DNA of 63,019 nucleotides, counting the filler, from Olpidium bornovanus S191 (Eukaryota > Fungi > Olpidiomycota), in NCBI GenBank assembly GCA_017911155.1. It is 30 parts of 30 records of this genome, joined end to end, with 100 filler letters (N's around TTAATTAATTAA, not from the genome) between each part and the next. Parts side by side here need not be neighbours in the genome. Positions count along the whole stretch, not along the records: positions 50,175 to 52,317 come from JAEFCI010003313.1; positions 52,418 to 53,809 come from JAEFCI010005957.1; positions 53,910 to 57,772 come from JAEFCI010005777.1; positions 57,873 to 60,094 come from JAEFCI010001782.1; positions 60,195 to 61,892 come from JAEFCI010005795.1; positions 61,993 to 63,019 come from JAEFCI010003247.1; 24 more parts are not named here. The stretch is one strand, 5' to 3'. A model generated the notes under the pieces. It made no database searches. It saw only the letters and a program-made list of their open reading frames with translations, and was not told the DNA's origin. Shown piece by piece: positions 51,060 through 62,224 of the stretch. A program made the position numbers and the translations under genes. Within the stretch, counting starts at the first letter, position 1; the number at the start of each line of letters is the position of its first letter.

Positions 51060-51620
51060 TGGCGGCAAACTCGGCGACGGTGGCAAACGTGTCGTAATGT
51101 TTGGCTACCCCGATGAGCAAAATTGTCGGCGGCTTTGGCTGCCCCCCTCACGTGACGCACAACTAGAGCATGTGATGTCACTTTTTCGAAGATCACAGCG
51201 GCTTCGACGGCCCCGCCCTCGAGGCAGTCTTTGACGGTGGACAACTCTTCGACGGCTACGACGATGAATCGAGCGTTTTTGTTGCGCCGGGCACCGAATG
51301 CCACGACGAAGGCAACACCAACGGTATTACAGCGACGGCGACAAAAGGTTCTCCGTGGCCCCTGAGCCAGTAGAATTCGGGGGAGTGGGATCATACGCGG
51401 ATAATAAACCCTCTGCGATACGCTCTTTGATGCCATCGCAGGAGCAACCTCGCCGCTTGGCATGCATACCTGCCCAAAACCTGCCCACCCCCCGACCCAC
51501 CAGGACATTTGGGCCCTGAGGGTCATCCTGTTCGCCATGTTTGCGGGCGACAACCCATATCACCGGAACGCCGCGATCGTCAGCGGACGGCTGACCATCC
51601 CGCGGCCCGAAGTCAGCGAT
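51060..51620 (+). pseudogene. Eroded Ser/Thr kinase relic (CAMK group, PAS-kinase-like)
   Basis: In mixed frames and in kinase order: KLGDGGKRVVMFG (Gly-loop-like), FEDHSGF..LEAVFDGGQLFD (subdomain V-like), VEFGG (DFG-like), QDIWALRVILFAMFAGDNPY..AIVSGRLTIP (IX-X). No HRD; stops present. Confidence 0.5.
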
Positions 51621-52445
51621 TGTGCGCAATACCCCCCGCCCCCCTCCCCCTTCCACCCTCGTCCCCATGCCATTTTCCCGGCTCCCGCTGCGTGCCCCCG
51701 AGGATGAGCAGCGTTTTTTACGTCCCAGACGTGCTGGCATGGTGTGTTTTTGCAGGCTTAAACAAATAATTATTATATTTTTTTGTTAGCGAGCCACGAC
51801 TTTCTGAATTGGATTTTCATTCGCGAGCCCGAGGTCCGTCCCAACGATTTGCCGAGCTGCTTGGGATTGGTGGTGGCCAGAGTATTTCCCTGGTGAGGAA
51901 AATCTGAGAATATTTTTTTATTTCTTAAGTAAACCTTTTGACCCCGCGGGTTTCTTCCACGCAAGCGAAGAATAACCAAAAAAAAATTGCGCTTTTCAGC
52001 GGAGCGAACGGACTTTTTTGAGGGACAAGTGCTGTTTTTTATACATTGGGCGATCTATCAGTGGTCTGCATTGGGAGCGAATTGGGGTGGGGGGGGAGGG
52101 GCTGGGCGGGGGGCGGCGGTGCGCGCACGCCGTTTTCTTTCTTAGTGGGGGGCGAGAAGCGTGTTGCCTCCCCCCCCTTCCCCCTCCTCCCACCGCCTCC
52201 ATGGATCCTATGCCGGAGGTGGGGTTGGCTCCTAAGCGACTGCCTGTTGATTCCCGCCAATCATTAAGCACGAGCGGCAGCGAATAGGAGCAACGGGCTA
52301 AATCAGGCATATTTGCANNNNNNNNNNNNNNNNNNNNNNNNNNNNNNNNNNNNNNNNNNNNTTAATTAATTAANNNNNNNNNNNNNNNNNNNNNNNNNNN
52401 NNNNNNNNNNNNNNNNNCCCCCCCCCACGAGGGGCCCCCCGCCCG

Positions 52446-52479
<34 letters not shown>

Positions 52480-53115
52480 CCCCGCCCCCCCCCCCCCCCC
52501 CCCCCCCCCCCCGCCGGCACACACACACACACACACACACACACCCCAGGCGGACAAACCAAAACAAAAAAGAAAATAAAATAAAAGATAAAAAAACAAA
52601 ACGCACCGCACCCACCCCCCCACGCCAGCCAGACGCTTCCCCCTTCTTCTTCCTCTCCTCGCGGAGGACAGAACGGGATTCTCCCTTCCGGCGTTTGCTC
52701 ACGTGGTTAAAAGAGAGAAAGGGGGAGAGACACGCGCGGGGGGGTTTTTTTTTTCCAACAGGATATACCCCGCCCTTTACTTTATACAGGCCGGCGCGCG
52801 CGGCTCACCCATGAGCTTCGGTGCTCTGCTGTGGGTTTTTTTTTCTTTTTTTGCTCTCTTTCCTCTCGGGCAGCTTCTTCCCCTCCTTACGGCCCCGTGC
52901 GGACCCCGCGTTCGTGGTCGGTTCAGCGCGCGGTTACGGCAAACGTTGGCGTCCCGCCGCCAACCCCCGCTCCCGTTCTCTCCTCCCCCCGGGATTCGCG
53001 CGCGCGCGTCCCTTCCGAAACGCGCCGCCCCATCTGATCTGGGATCGCCGCCACCCTTTTACCCCCGCCGCTTCCCTCCCGTTTTTTTCCCCTCCCCCTA
53101 CCTTCTGCGCTCCAG

Positions 53116-53635
53116 AAACGGACAGCTGGATGACGTCGACTCCGAGGGCGACGAGGACTACGTCCTCTCGCCCGGCGGAAGCAGCGTCGAAGGAGGAGGC
53201 GGAGGAGGAGGAGGCGCCAGAGACGCAGACAGCGAGGACGACGTGACCTCAACCGACCTCGAGGACAGTTCGGAACCGGACGAGAATTCCTTGGGACCGA
53301 TGGACCCGGGCGAACATCGCAGCCCTGGAGACCCGGAAGAGGGCCGTTCCCCGCGGACTCGCGGGCAGCCATCTCAAACCCGTAAGCGCGCGGGAAAAAA
53401 AAAAAAAGAAAGTGGGAAAGCGGGGAGGGTGGGGGTGGTAGCGAGAGAGACCGTGGATAAAGCGGATCTTGTCTCGACTGTCCGTCGCTTCCGCCGACAG
53501 AGCGAGGCAAAAGTCTGCCGATCACAGAAATTCAATGCCCGGGCGCGAGCGGTACCAACGGCAACGCCGCGGAAACCACACAGCGCAAGCGGGCAAACTC
53601 GGGACCCACCCCTTCAGATTCGGCTGGAAAAAGGG
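53116..53635 (+). CDS. Acidic low-complexity exons of a hypothetical protein (weakly Swc5/BCNT N-terminus-like)
   Basis: DDVDSEGDEDYVLSPGG...DSEDDVTSTDLEDSSEPDE, flanked by a CAG acceptor and a GTAAGC donor; second exon at about 53500-53634. Confidence 0.35.
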
Positions 53636-53729
53636 TAAAAAAAACGGTCGAATCAAAAGCCGTCTCCGGTTCGTTGGTCCGCCAAGTATTGTTTCGCGAA
53701 CTGCAGGTTCACCCGCGTGAGTCCCCCCT

Positions 53730-53803
<74 letters not shown>

Positions 53804-53948
53804 ACACCGNNNNNNNNNNNNNNNNNNNNNNNNNNNNNNNNNNNNNNNNNNNNTTAATTAATTAANNNNNNNNNNNNNNNNNNNNNNNNNNNNNNNNNNN
53901 NNNNNNNNNGGGGGGGGGGGGGGGGGGCGGGGGGGGGGGGGGGGGGAA

Positions 53949-53982
<34 letters not shown>

Positions 53983-54049
53983 GCCTGACGTGTGGGCCGT
54001 GGGAAAAAGCCGGTTCTCGGCCGCAACCTGCAGCACATCACAACCTCCG

Positions 54050-57000
54050 TCAGCGCCGCCTGCTCAAGCTCTCCTCCTCCTCCTGTTCCTGCTCCTCCTG
54101 CTCCTTCTCCTCCGCCAGGGCGAGCCGCTGGCGGTAGCGCTTCACCGCCAGCTCGAGCGCGTCGCAGCGGCGGGCGCACGAGGCGAGCTGGGCGTCCTTG
54201 CCGGCGAGGCGCGCCCTGCACTCCTTCGCCGCGAGCTCCGCCCGGCGCGCGGCGCCTGCCCTGGCCGCGGCGGCGTCCGCCTCGGCCGCGGCCGCCCGGT
54301 CCCGCAGCGCCTCGCTCTCGATCCCGGCGAGCTCGGCGCCCCGCCGCGCCTCGTCGCGCTCCCGCGCGAGCGGAGCGAGCCGCGCCCGCAGGCCGCGCAG
54401 CTCGTCCCGGAGCGCGGCGGCCTCGCGCTCGTTCCGCGCCGCGGCGCGCGAGCGGGACCGCTCGGCGCGCGCGGCCGCCGCCGCCGCGTCGAGCGCCCGC
54501 GCCCGGCACCCGGCCGCGTGCGCCTTCGCCGCGGCCAGCTCCCGCTCCAGGCCCGAGACCCGCCGCAGCGCAGCCGCCCTCGACGGCTCCTCCCCGCCGC
54601 CCGTCCCCCGGGCGCTCCCGCTCCCGCTCTCGTCGCCGCAGCCGCCGCCGTCGTCGTCGTCGTCGTCGTACCGCATTCCGGGCCGGGCGCGGCCCGTCTT
54701 CGCCGCCCTCGTCGGTGCCCGGTCATCGTCGTCGTCGTCGTCGCCCTCGGCGGGCGCGAAGAGCGCGCGCGGTCGCGACGGCGCGTCGGCGTCCGGGCGG
54801 AGGCGGCCGCCGTCCGCCCCTCGCCGGACCGGAACCTCCTGGACGAAGTCGAGCGTTTGCGCCGCGGGAGGCGCCCTGGCGGACGCGCCGCCCGCGGCCT
54901 GCTCCGCCCGGCCCCGAGCCAGCGACTGCGCCTTCTCGACCAGGGCCAGGCACCGCTCTTCGGCGGACCGCGCCGGCCCCTGCGGCTCTTCGACGCCGAG
55001 CGCCTCCGCCAGGCTGCTCACGAACGTCTGGAGAGCCGCGGATTCGCCTCGCCAGAGCTGCTCGAAGTATTTCGCCCGTCCGTCGTCCGCCCGACTCCGG
55101 CTTTTCCTCGCCCCCGTCTGACAGGCCGCGTTCGCGGTGCCGCCGCCGCCGCCGCCGCCGCCGAAGCCGTTCGCTCGGTGCTGCGCGGCCGGACCCTCTC
55201 CCTCCTTCGCGACTCCTGCCGCCGCCGCCGCCGCCGCCCTGTTTGACGCCTCGGACGTGGCCAGCGCCTCCTGCAACGTCAATATCTGGTTCTGGAGGCG
55301 GTTTCGGCCGTCGCGCTCCAGCTGCAGTTCTTCCTTCCGGCGGGCTGTCTCCGACCGCGCCGCCTGAAGTTCGCTCCTCCGTTCGTCCAGCTGCTCGTCC
55401 TTTCCCCTCAGCTGTTCCTCCAGCGTTTCGATCCGGACGAGGAAATCCGTCGCACGTGCCGCTTCTGCCGCTTGCTGCGCCATTGCCCCTTGCAGCGACT
55501 CTATCTGGCTTTGGAGGCGGTCACGGCGGTCGCGCTCCGCCTGCTGTTCTTCTTTCCGGCTGGCAGCCTGCGCTTGAAGTTCGCTCCTCCGCGCGTCCAG
55601 TTCCGCGTCCTTGCCTCTTAGCTGTTCCTCCAGCGTTTCGATCCGAACGCGGAGGTCAGCTGAGCACGCCAGCTCCGCTGCCCGCTTCTGCGAGCGGTCG
55701 GCCTGTTTCCGCGCTAAACCCAGCTCTCTTCTGGAGTCCCGGAGATCGGCGTGCAACAAAGCGATGCGGCGCTGGGCGCGGCAACCTGCTTCAACGAGCT
55801 TTTGCTTTTCGCGACCGCGGAGCCTGTTGACCTCTCGAAGTAGCGCCCCGCCGGACCCGCCCTTCTCCGCTTCCCTTCTGTTCAGCAGCGCGCATTGTTG
55901 TCGCAGCAGATCCGCCCGTCTCCTCTCGCGCCGAAGAATATCCTGCGAGCATCGCAGTTCCGCTTCCGAGTGGAGCGTCGAAGCGGAGAGCTCCGCGGCG
56001 TACGCGTCTCGCTCCGCTCGAAGGGATTCCTTTTCGGCCTCCTCCGCCGCCAGCTGTTCGCTCAGGCGAGAGGCGTCGGTTTTCAGCTTCGAGACTTCGA
56101 TAGATGTTCCAGAGAGGTCCGTCGCCAGAGCCTCTTCCACGAGCGACATCCGCCGATCTGCTTCCGCCCGGGCCGCGCGAAGTCCGGCTTCGTACTGCTC
56201 CGCCCTCTGTCGCAGTTCGCCGCGGAGGCAGTCGTTGGCTGTGGTGAGGTCGTTCACCCGCCTTTGCAACTTCTGGTTCTCTGTCGCGCGACACTCCAGG
56301 TCGCGAATTCGACCAAGGTGTTCGTCGCAGTCCGAACGCGAAGCGGCGAGCGCGATTTCGAGCGTTCTCTCCAGCTGTTCCGCCTGCAGAGCCCGGCCCC
56401 GGGCTTCCTGCAACTCCTTTTCTTTGGCATCCCGGGCCGCTTCCGCGGACGAGAGCGCTCCCTCGAGGCGTGCGACGCGCGGTGTCAGATCGGCGAGGAG
56501 CCCGTCTCTCCCGCGGAGCTCCAATTCCAACTCCGCCGTCCGGACCTGAGCGCGCGCCCGCGAGGCCCTTTCGACGGCAAGCTCCCCGCTGGCGGCCGCG
56601 CGCTCGCGCTCGAGTTCTGCGATCCGCCTCCGGTCGCCCTCCCTGCCGAGGGCCTCGCCCCGCAGCTTTTCCGCCGCGGCCGCGAGCTCGCGGCGCAGCA
56701 GCGACGCCCTCGCCTTCTCCGCCTCGCACTCCTCGCGCTGCGACCGGAGCTTTTCCGCGGCGTCCTTGACGTCTCCGTCCAGCGCGGCGATCCGGGCGGC
56801 CTGCCCTACGGCGAGTTTCTCCGCCTCCTTGGACGCCGCTTCGGACGCGGCCAGGCGCCGATTCCACTCGCCCTCCTCGTCGTCCCGCGCCGCGGAGGCG
56901 GCCGTCAGGGCCAGCTCGAGCTCGGCCACCCGGGCCGTCCGCGCGGCGAGATCCGCGCCCCGCGCGTCGAGCATCTGCTGGGCGGCGTCCTTGGCCTCCC

Positions 57001-57706
57001 TGTGGCTCCGCCTCTCCCGCTCAAGATCCCCGGACGCGACTTCCACCTGCTGCGCGAGTACGTCAATCCTGGCTTTCTCGGCCGCGATCTGGGATCTCTG
57101 GGCTTGGGCGGCGGCCCGCATCCGCTCGAGTTCGCGCCGCAGGACGGTCTCCTCGGCGGTGACGTACCGCCCGAGGAGGCTCGCCTTGGAATCCTGCTTC
57201 GCCGACGCGCTCGGCGGAGGCGTCGACGGTGGCCCGCTTTCGTCCGAGGGCGAGTCGTAGTCGGCCGCGAAGGAGGCCGACACGTCGAGCCGGTCGGGGA
57301 TGCCGATGTTGATGACGTGGATTTTCTGGTCCAGCTCCTTCTCCAGGACTTCGCGCCCCTGGGCCAGAATCCGGTACGACTCCAACCAAGCCGCTTTCGC
57401 CTCCGGCGTCGGCGCCGCGACCACGTAGACGGCAGGATCCGGCCCTTGCGACCCGGCTCCCGCCGGTACCTCCACTTCCAGCATGCACGACACGCCCTTA
57501 GCCTTGTCGTCGAGGACGTCGTGAACGCGGATTTCCGACAAGACCGCCTTAACGATGAGATGCGCCCGTTCGCGCCAATCCTGCTTCGAGAGCATGAACA
57601 AGTCGTTGAACAGGTGCACTCGACGCGGCTTCCTGATGCTGTTCACTATCTGGAAGAAGGGATCCTCGCGGACGAGATATCGGTGCGGAGCAGCGATGCT
57701 TACGGG
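54050..57706 (-). CDS. PH domain (RhoGEF DH-PH type) followed by ~1000-aa coiled coil, 5' partial, single 3.66-kb exon
   Basis: PHRYLVREDPF...RKPRRVHLFNDLFMLSK...YVVAAPTPEAKAAWLESY is typical of PH domains following DH domains. An uninterrupted E/A/R/L heptad-rich ORF runs to the stop at 54050. Confidence 0.82.
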   Translation of the reverse strand, partial: PVSIAAPHRYLVREDPFFQIVNSIRKPRRVHLFNDLFMLSKQDWRERAHLIVKAVLSEIRVHDVLDDKAKGVSCMLEVEVPAGAGSQGPDPAVYVVAAPTPEAKAAWLESYRILAQGREVLEKELDQKIHVINIGIPDRLDVSASFAADYDSPSDESGPPSTPPPSASAKQDSKASLLGRYVTAEETVLRRELERMRAAAQAQRSQIAAEKARIDVLAQQVEVASGDLERERRSHREAKDAAQQMLDARGADLAARTARVAELELALTAASAARDDEEGEWNRRLAASEAASKEAEKLAVGQAARIAALDGDVKDAAEKLRSQREECEAEKARASLLRRELAAAAEKLRGEALGREGDRRRIAELERERAAASGELAVERASRARAQVRTAELELELRGRDGLLADLTPRVARLEGALSSAEAARDAKEKELQEARGRALQAEQLERTLEIALAASRSDCDEHLGRIRDLECRATENQKLQRRVNDLTTANDCLRGELRQRAEQYEAGLRAARAEADRRMSLVEEALATDLSGTSIEVSKLKTDASRLSEQLAAEEAEKESLRAERDAYAAELSASTLHSEAELRCSQDILRRERRRADLLRQQCALLNRREAEKGGSGGALLREVNRLRGREKQKLVEAGCRAQRRIALLHADLRDSRRELGLARKQADRSQKRAAELACSADLRVRIETLEEQLRGKDAELDARRSELQAQAASRKEEQQAERDRRDRLQSQIESLQGAMAQQAAEAARATDFLVRIETLEEQLRGKDEQLDERRSELQAARSETARRKEELQLERDGRNRLQNQILTLQEALATSEASNRAAAAAAAGVAKEGEGPAAQHRANGFGGGGGGGGTANAACQTGARKSRSRADDGRAKYFEQLWRGESAALQTFVSSLAEALGVEEPQGPARSAEERCLALVEKAQSLARGRAEQAAGGASARAPPAAQTLDFVQEVPVRRGADGGRLRPDADAPSRPRALFAPAEGDDDDDDDRAPTRAAKTGRARPGMRYDDDDDDGGGCGDESGSGSARGTGGGEEPSRAAALRRVSGLERELAAAKAHAAGCRARALDAAAAAARAERSRSRAAARNEREAAALRDELRGLRARLAPLARERDEARRGAELAGIESEALRDRAAAAEADAAAARAGAARRAELAAKECRARLAGKDAQLASCARRCDALELAVKRYRQRLALAEEKEQEEQEQEEEESLSRRR

Positions 57707-57711
57707 CTGAA

Positions 57712-57750
<39 letters not shown>

Positions 57751-57873
57751 GGGGGGAAAAAAAAAAAAAGGANNNNNNNNNNNNNNNNNNNNNNNNNNNN
57801 NNNNNNNNNNNNNNNNTTAATTAATTAANNNNNNNNNNNNNNNNNNNNNNNNNNNNNNNNNNNNNNNNNNNNC

Positions 57874-58846
57874 ATGCTAACAAAATTCGTCCTGTTGTCC
57901 GCGAACCTCGGCAGCGCCTGTTGTGCTGACAAGGTAAAAGAGCGTTTTATTTTTTTTTGTTGCTTGAACGTTTCGCAAATTGCGCGCTGGCCGACGACGC
58001 GCGATCCGCAAGGTGTTCGTGACCAATCCGGGCAGCGAAGGAACGCCAGTCGTCGCCGGAAAGCCGGTCGATATTCAATGGTCGGTCGCCGTATTGGCGC
58101 GCACCAGCGAAGCGCACTTACAATCCCTGACTTTTCCCCGGCGTCCAAAGGGAGGCGGTAAAAGAATCGTCCGGCCGGCAGTTCCCCGATAAGATAAGCA
58201 TTGATCTTATGACGGGCCCCAACAACGCGGCCTCGAAAGCGATGACCATCGCCAAAGGCGTTGATCTAAAGTACGGAGGCGCAGTGCTCCAGTGGCTCGT
58301 CGAGACATGAGGGGTCAACTGCATGGTTTCTCGTCGTTTGCAGGGCGGGCTCCTACAAGTGGGAGCGCGTTCCAAAGGACTTGGATCCCAATCCGACGGG
58401 GGGAGGCTACTTCCTCCGGCTCGGCAGCGTCCCGGACGGCTTTTACTACGGTTCGCGGTTCCAGATAAAAGGAAAGCAAGCGGCGGGCACAAGTGTAGTC
58501 AGTCCTGTGTGCGGCCGCGAGAACGTAGTCGCGTTCGCTTTTTTTGCCGCGCCTCGAATAATGATCGGCGCCGAGTAATTGCCGTTGCGTAGGCTTGACC
58601 GGCGAACCCGACCCGGAAAAAAAGCCGTCCGATGACAAGAAACAAGAGAAGGAGCCGAAGACGTCGTCCGCCTCCCGCAGGCACTCCGCCGGCAGCAAAC
58701 CCAGGGACCCGAATGCCACGGAAGTTCGAGCGGCCGCGACCACGCGGCCTCCCATCACCTCCGGCTCACCCAAGCCCGCGGCCGAATTTTTGGCCGCCGC
58801 TCTCGTGTCGGCCTTGGCAGCCCTCGTCGCATTCGCGTTGGTTTAG
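57874..58846 (+). CDS. Secreted GPI-anchored Kre9/Knh1-like cell-surface protein
   Basis: Signal-like MLTKFVLLSANLGSACCADK|, VTNPG....VAGKPVDIQW, ISIDLMTGP...IAKGVDL, WERVPKDL...YFLRLG...FYYGSRFQI, charged/Thr linker, SGS omega-like site and hydrophobic tail FLAAALVSALAALVAFALV*. Confidence 0.78.
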
Positions 58847-60194
58847 CGCCCGTCCTCCCTCCCTCTTCCACGCCCTCTTCCTCTTCCCCACGCGCCAAGC
58901 GCGGGGACGCTGGGGCCAGGTGTCGGGAACACTTGTAGACCTGGATCTCTGATTCTCTCTTCCAACGGGAACGCGGATCCCGGACATGTTAGATTTCAGT
59001 CCCGGCCTTCCCTCCAAAACAGTTACAGGGGGGAAGCATAGCAGACCTATTGTCAAACTAGCGCACTCACTTCCCCAGACGCGACCTTCTATTTCGGGCG
59101 ACGAAAATAGAGTCCGCACGCTCTCCGAGCCGAACGGCGCCATCTTGTCCTCCCGGCTGTTGTCGTTTTCTTTTGCCATAGTGACGTGGGGCGAAATGGA
59201 ATGAATCGTGCGGCCCGAGCCGCCTTTTGCTTTTCCGGTACAAAGTATGAAGCGGTAATCGGACTGCGGAGCTGGGCGGCTTCGCCCCTCGGTTATCGTC
59301 CTAGCGGCCTCGCCGTGAAACCCGTTCCCCCGTTCAGCCAGCTCCCGGGCCATTTTTTGAGTTTCCTCCGCTTTTGGAGTTCACGCGAAGCACACCCGCA
59401 AAATCCCCGCGGCCACCGCGCGTGGCCTGGACGTGGCGCAGAACCGCGGCCGGTCCTCCTTCGTTTAGCGCGCCGGCCCTTTGGGTTGGCAGCTCTGTTG
59501 GGCTACAATTATCGAGATCTCCAGATTTCCCGGTAATTCGCGTCCGTCTCCCGCCTCCCCGCTCCGCCCCCTCCGCTCGCTTTCGCAGGGCCTGGCAAGC
59601 GCACTTCCCCCCACCCCAGGGACAGCGTAGCGAGGTTTCGCGGCAAACTTCTCGGCGCGCATCCGCGGCGCACTTGCGCATCCGTCCCCAGGACGCTTTT
59701 CGCAAATCCCAGGGGCATTTACGTCAGTTCCCAAACGGAAGCTGTAGTACATAGCGCGAGCTTCCTGCGGTGCTAATTGCGTCATTTGATCGGAGGACAC
59801 CTCATAACCTCGCTGTGAGGCGGACGGTCTGGCGTCAAAGGACAACTTCTCCGGGCGCTTACGCTCTCGAGACAGCAGTCAACGTATCCGATCTAGTCAC
59901 GAAGTAGCAGGCACCCGTGCCAGTGTTCAGACCGCGGTGCGGCTGTTAAAAGGCCGTCTCGGCCGGGAAGACGAACGGTTGCGCTCCCCTGTTGTCGGAT
60001 GGGAGGAAAGGAGAGGGGCGGGAAGGGCGGAGTGTAGTGTCATAGGGAGCATAGCCGGACGCCTTTACGCACCACCTCACGGGGGTGGGTGGGGNNNNNN
60101 NNNNNNNNNNNNNNNNNNNNNNNNNNNNNNNNNNNNNNTTAATTAATTAANNNNNNNNNNNNNNNNNNNNNNNNNNNNNNNNNNNNNNNNNNNN

Positions 60195-60900
60195 CGTCGG
60201 TCTGAGTGCGACACGCGAGCCCGCCTACCAACCGGATCGCCCAGAGCCCCCTGCGGGCCCGAAGCCGACCCTGCCTTCTCTGCCGCTCGGACTCGATCTG
60301 CTTGCGGCGTCGGCTTTGTCGCCGACACCGGCGTGCACGTCCAAGCGCACACGACCCGTACTCGTCATCATCTGCCGGTTGGCGAATGTCGGCGCCGGTG
60401 ATGTTCCGATCAATCTTCGTCATTGTGCTCCAGCCGAGGTGCCCCAGGCGGCGATGCCAGAGGTCGTGGTGTGCTGCTTTCGCAATGCGCGAATGTGCTA
60501 GGCGAAGCGACGGGTCATAGGGGCAGAAGGTAGATTTAGTGACAGGTTGATCACGGAGAACCAAGGGCCCATTCGTCGCGGTGACGTCAAGGTAAAATGA
60601 GCGTCCTTCACGGTAGCCTCGCGCGAGGACTGTTCCTGTCGGTCGTTGGAGACCAACTTGGTCGATGAGTAGAACGTCACCGTTTGGGTCAAACCAGATG
60701 CCGGTCCCGTTGTGAGTGGCGCTCAGAGGAAGCGTGTGCGGCGTCTTGCGACGGTCCACCACCGGGGACTCGCTCCGCAACGTGCTCCTCACTAACAGCC
60801 TGTCCAGCGATGGTGGGTTTGATGTGCAGACGGTTCCCGAGCTCATCGGGAAGTGACTGCAGGCATCCTGGGAAGAACCCGCGTGGTGGGGTGACCGGAA
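60195..60900 (-). mobile_element. Degenerate Ty1/copia gag-pre-integrase region
   Basis: GIWFD...VLARGYREGRSFYLD, DLWHRRLGHLG, GSCALGRARR; upstream Pro/Ala-rich gag-like sequence to about 61570. Confidence 0.8.
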
Positions 60901-61571
60901 AAGGTGGCGCAGCCGTTGACGCAGGGGTCAGACCTGATGGGAAGCCACCAGGGAGTGTAGGCGGAGGGCACGGCGTGTCGGACGTGGTGAAACCAAATGC
61001 GAGGGTGCTCTCCTTGCTGGTGTCGACAATGGCGCTTGGGTTGAATGTCACTCCTGCTGTCCCGGTGCCGGGCGCAGGCGCGGCTGACGAGGAAGCGTGA
61101 GCTGCAGTTGCTGCTCTTGCCGTCCTGCTGCGTGTCTGGATCGGGCCACCGACGGATGCCGACCTGCTGGTTGGCGCTGCTGACGACTCGCGGACCTTGG
61201 GCTTTTGCATTGTGGCTGAAGCGCCCGGTTGCACAGCGGCGGAGGCGGCGGGCGCGCAGCGGCAGCGGCGGCGAAAGGATGCGCGGGTGCGCCGGCGACG
61301 GCGGAAGGATGCGCGCAAGGATGACCGCAGCGGCGGTTGCGCGGCGGCGGTGGGCGTGCGGCGGCGGGCGCGGCGGCGGGCGCGCGGCAGCGGGCGCGCG
61401 GCGGTTGCGCGCGGTGGCGGCGGCGGCGGGCGCGCGGCGACGGCGGCGCGCGGCGATTGGGCGGCTGTGGCGCGCGGAGATGAGCGGCCGGCGGGCGACC
61501 CGCGGTTGCCCGGCGGCGGTGGCGCTTTTGGGAAAATAGGCAGGCAGTTGAAGACAGGCGGCGCCGGGCCT

Positions 61572-61717
61572 TGTGGAAAGTCGTTGTTCCAGCTTTTCCA
61601 CTCAAAACTCCAAACCTCGGCCTCTGAATTCCAGTTATCTCGAGCTTCCTCTCCGTCTCTCCTCCTCTCTTCCTCTCTTACTCTTTCTGTAGTTGGTTCC
61701 GCTCTACGGCTCTAACA
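61572..61717. mobile_element. Putative LTR (TG...CA, 146 bp), related to the LTR at 62715
   Basis: TGTGGAAAG...CTCTAACA; shares TTC.AGCTT near its start and GGTTC(C)G.TCTACGGCT near its end with 62715-62837; no TSD. Confidence 0.45.
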
Positions 61718-62224
61718 CTGCTCAAGGAGGCGTTTGTTCTACTCTATGGAGGTTTTCGCCGCGTGTGGGTGTTCGGGGAGTTGCTACAGGATTTCCGATG
61801 CGAAAGGTGACCCCCGCGCGCGCGGGGTGGGGGCCCGGAAAAATCCCTGACAAACTCGAGTGTTTACGTCGTGAGGGATGGCCACAGCCGGANNNNNNNN
61901 NNNNNNNNNNNNNNNNNNNNNNNNNNNNNNNNNNNNTTAATTAATTAANNNNNNNNNNNNNNNNNNNNNNNNNNNNNNNNNNNNNNNNNNNNCATGCACC
62001 GTATGTACCTTGTCGTTAATGTGTCTCACGGTTGTCCTGCAACTGTGCGGAATGTTGTATTTTGGTAGTATCCTGTCGGAATCTTGGGGCCTTGAAGTGG
62101 AAACGAGCGGGGAGATGGGCGGGTCCCTTTTATACCCAAGAGAAAAGAAAGCAAAACAAACAAAAAAGATGCTCTTAAGCGACACATCATCTCCTTTTTT
62201 TAAGGTGATGGGACGATTCTTTTT

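Noticed and set aside
58900-60094. Minus-strand gene downstream of the Kre9-like gene
   Set aside because: The ORFs lack consistent splice signals, codon bias or recognisable motifs.
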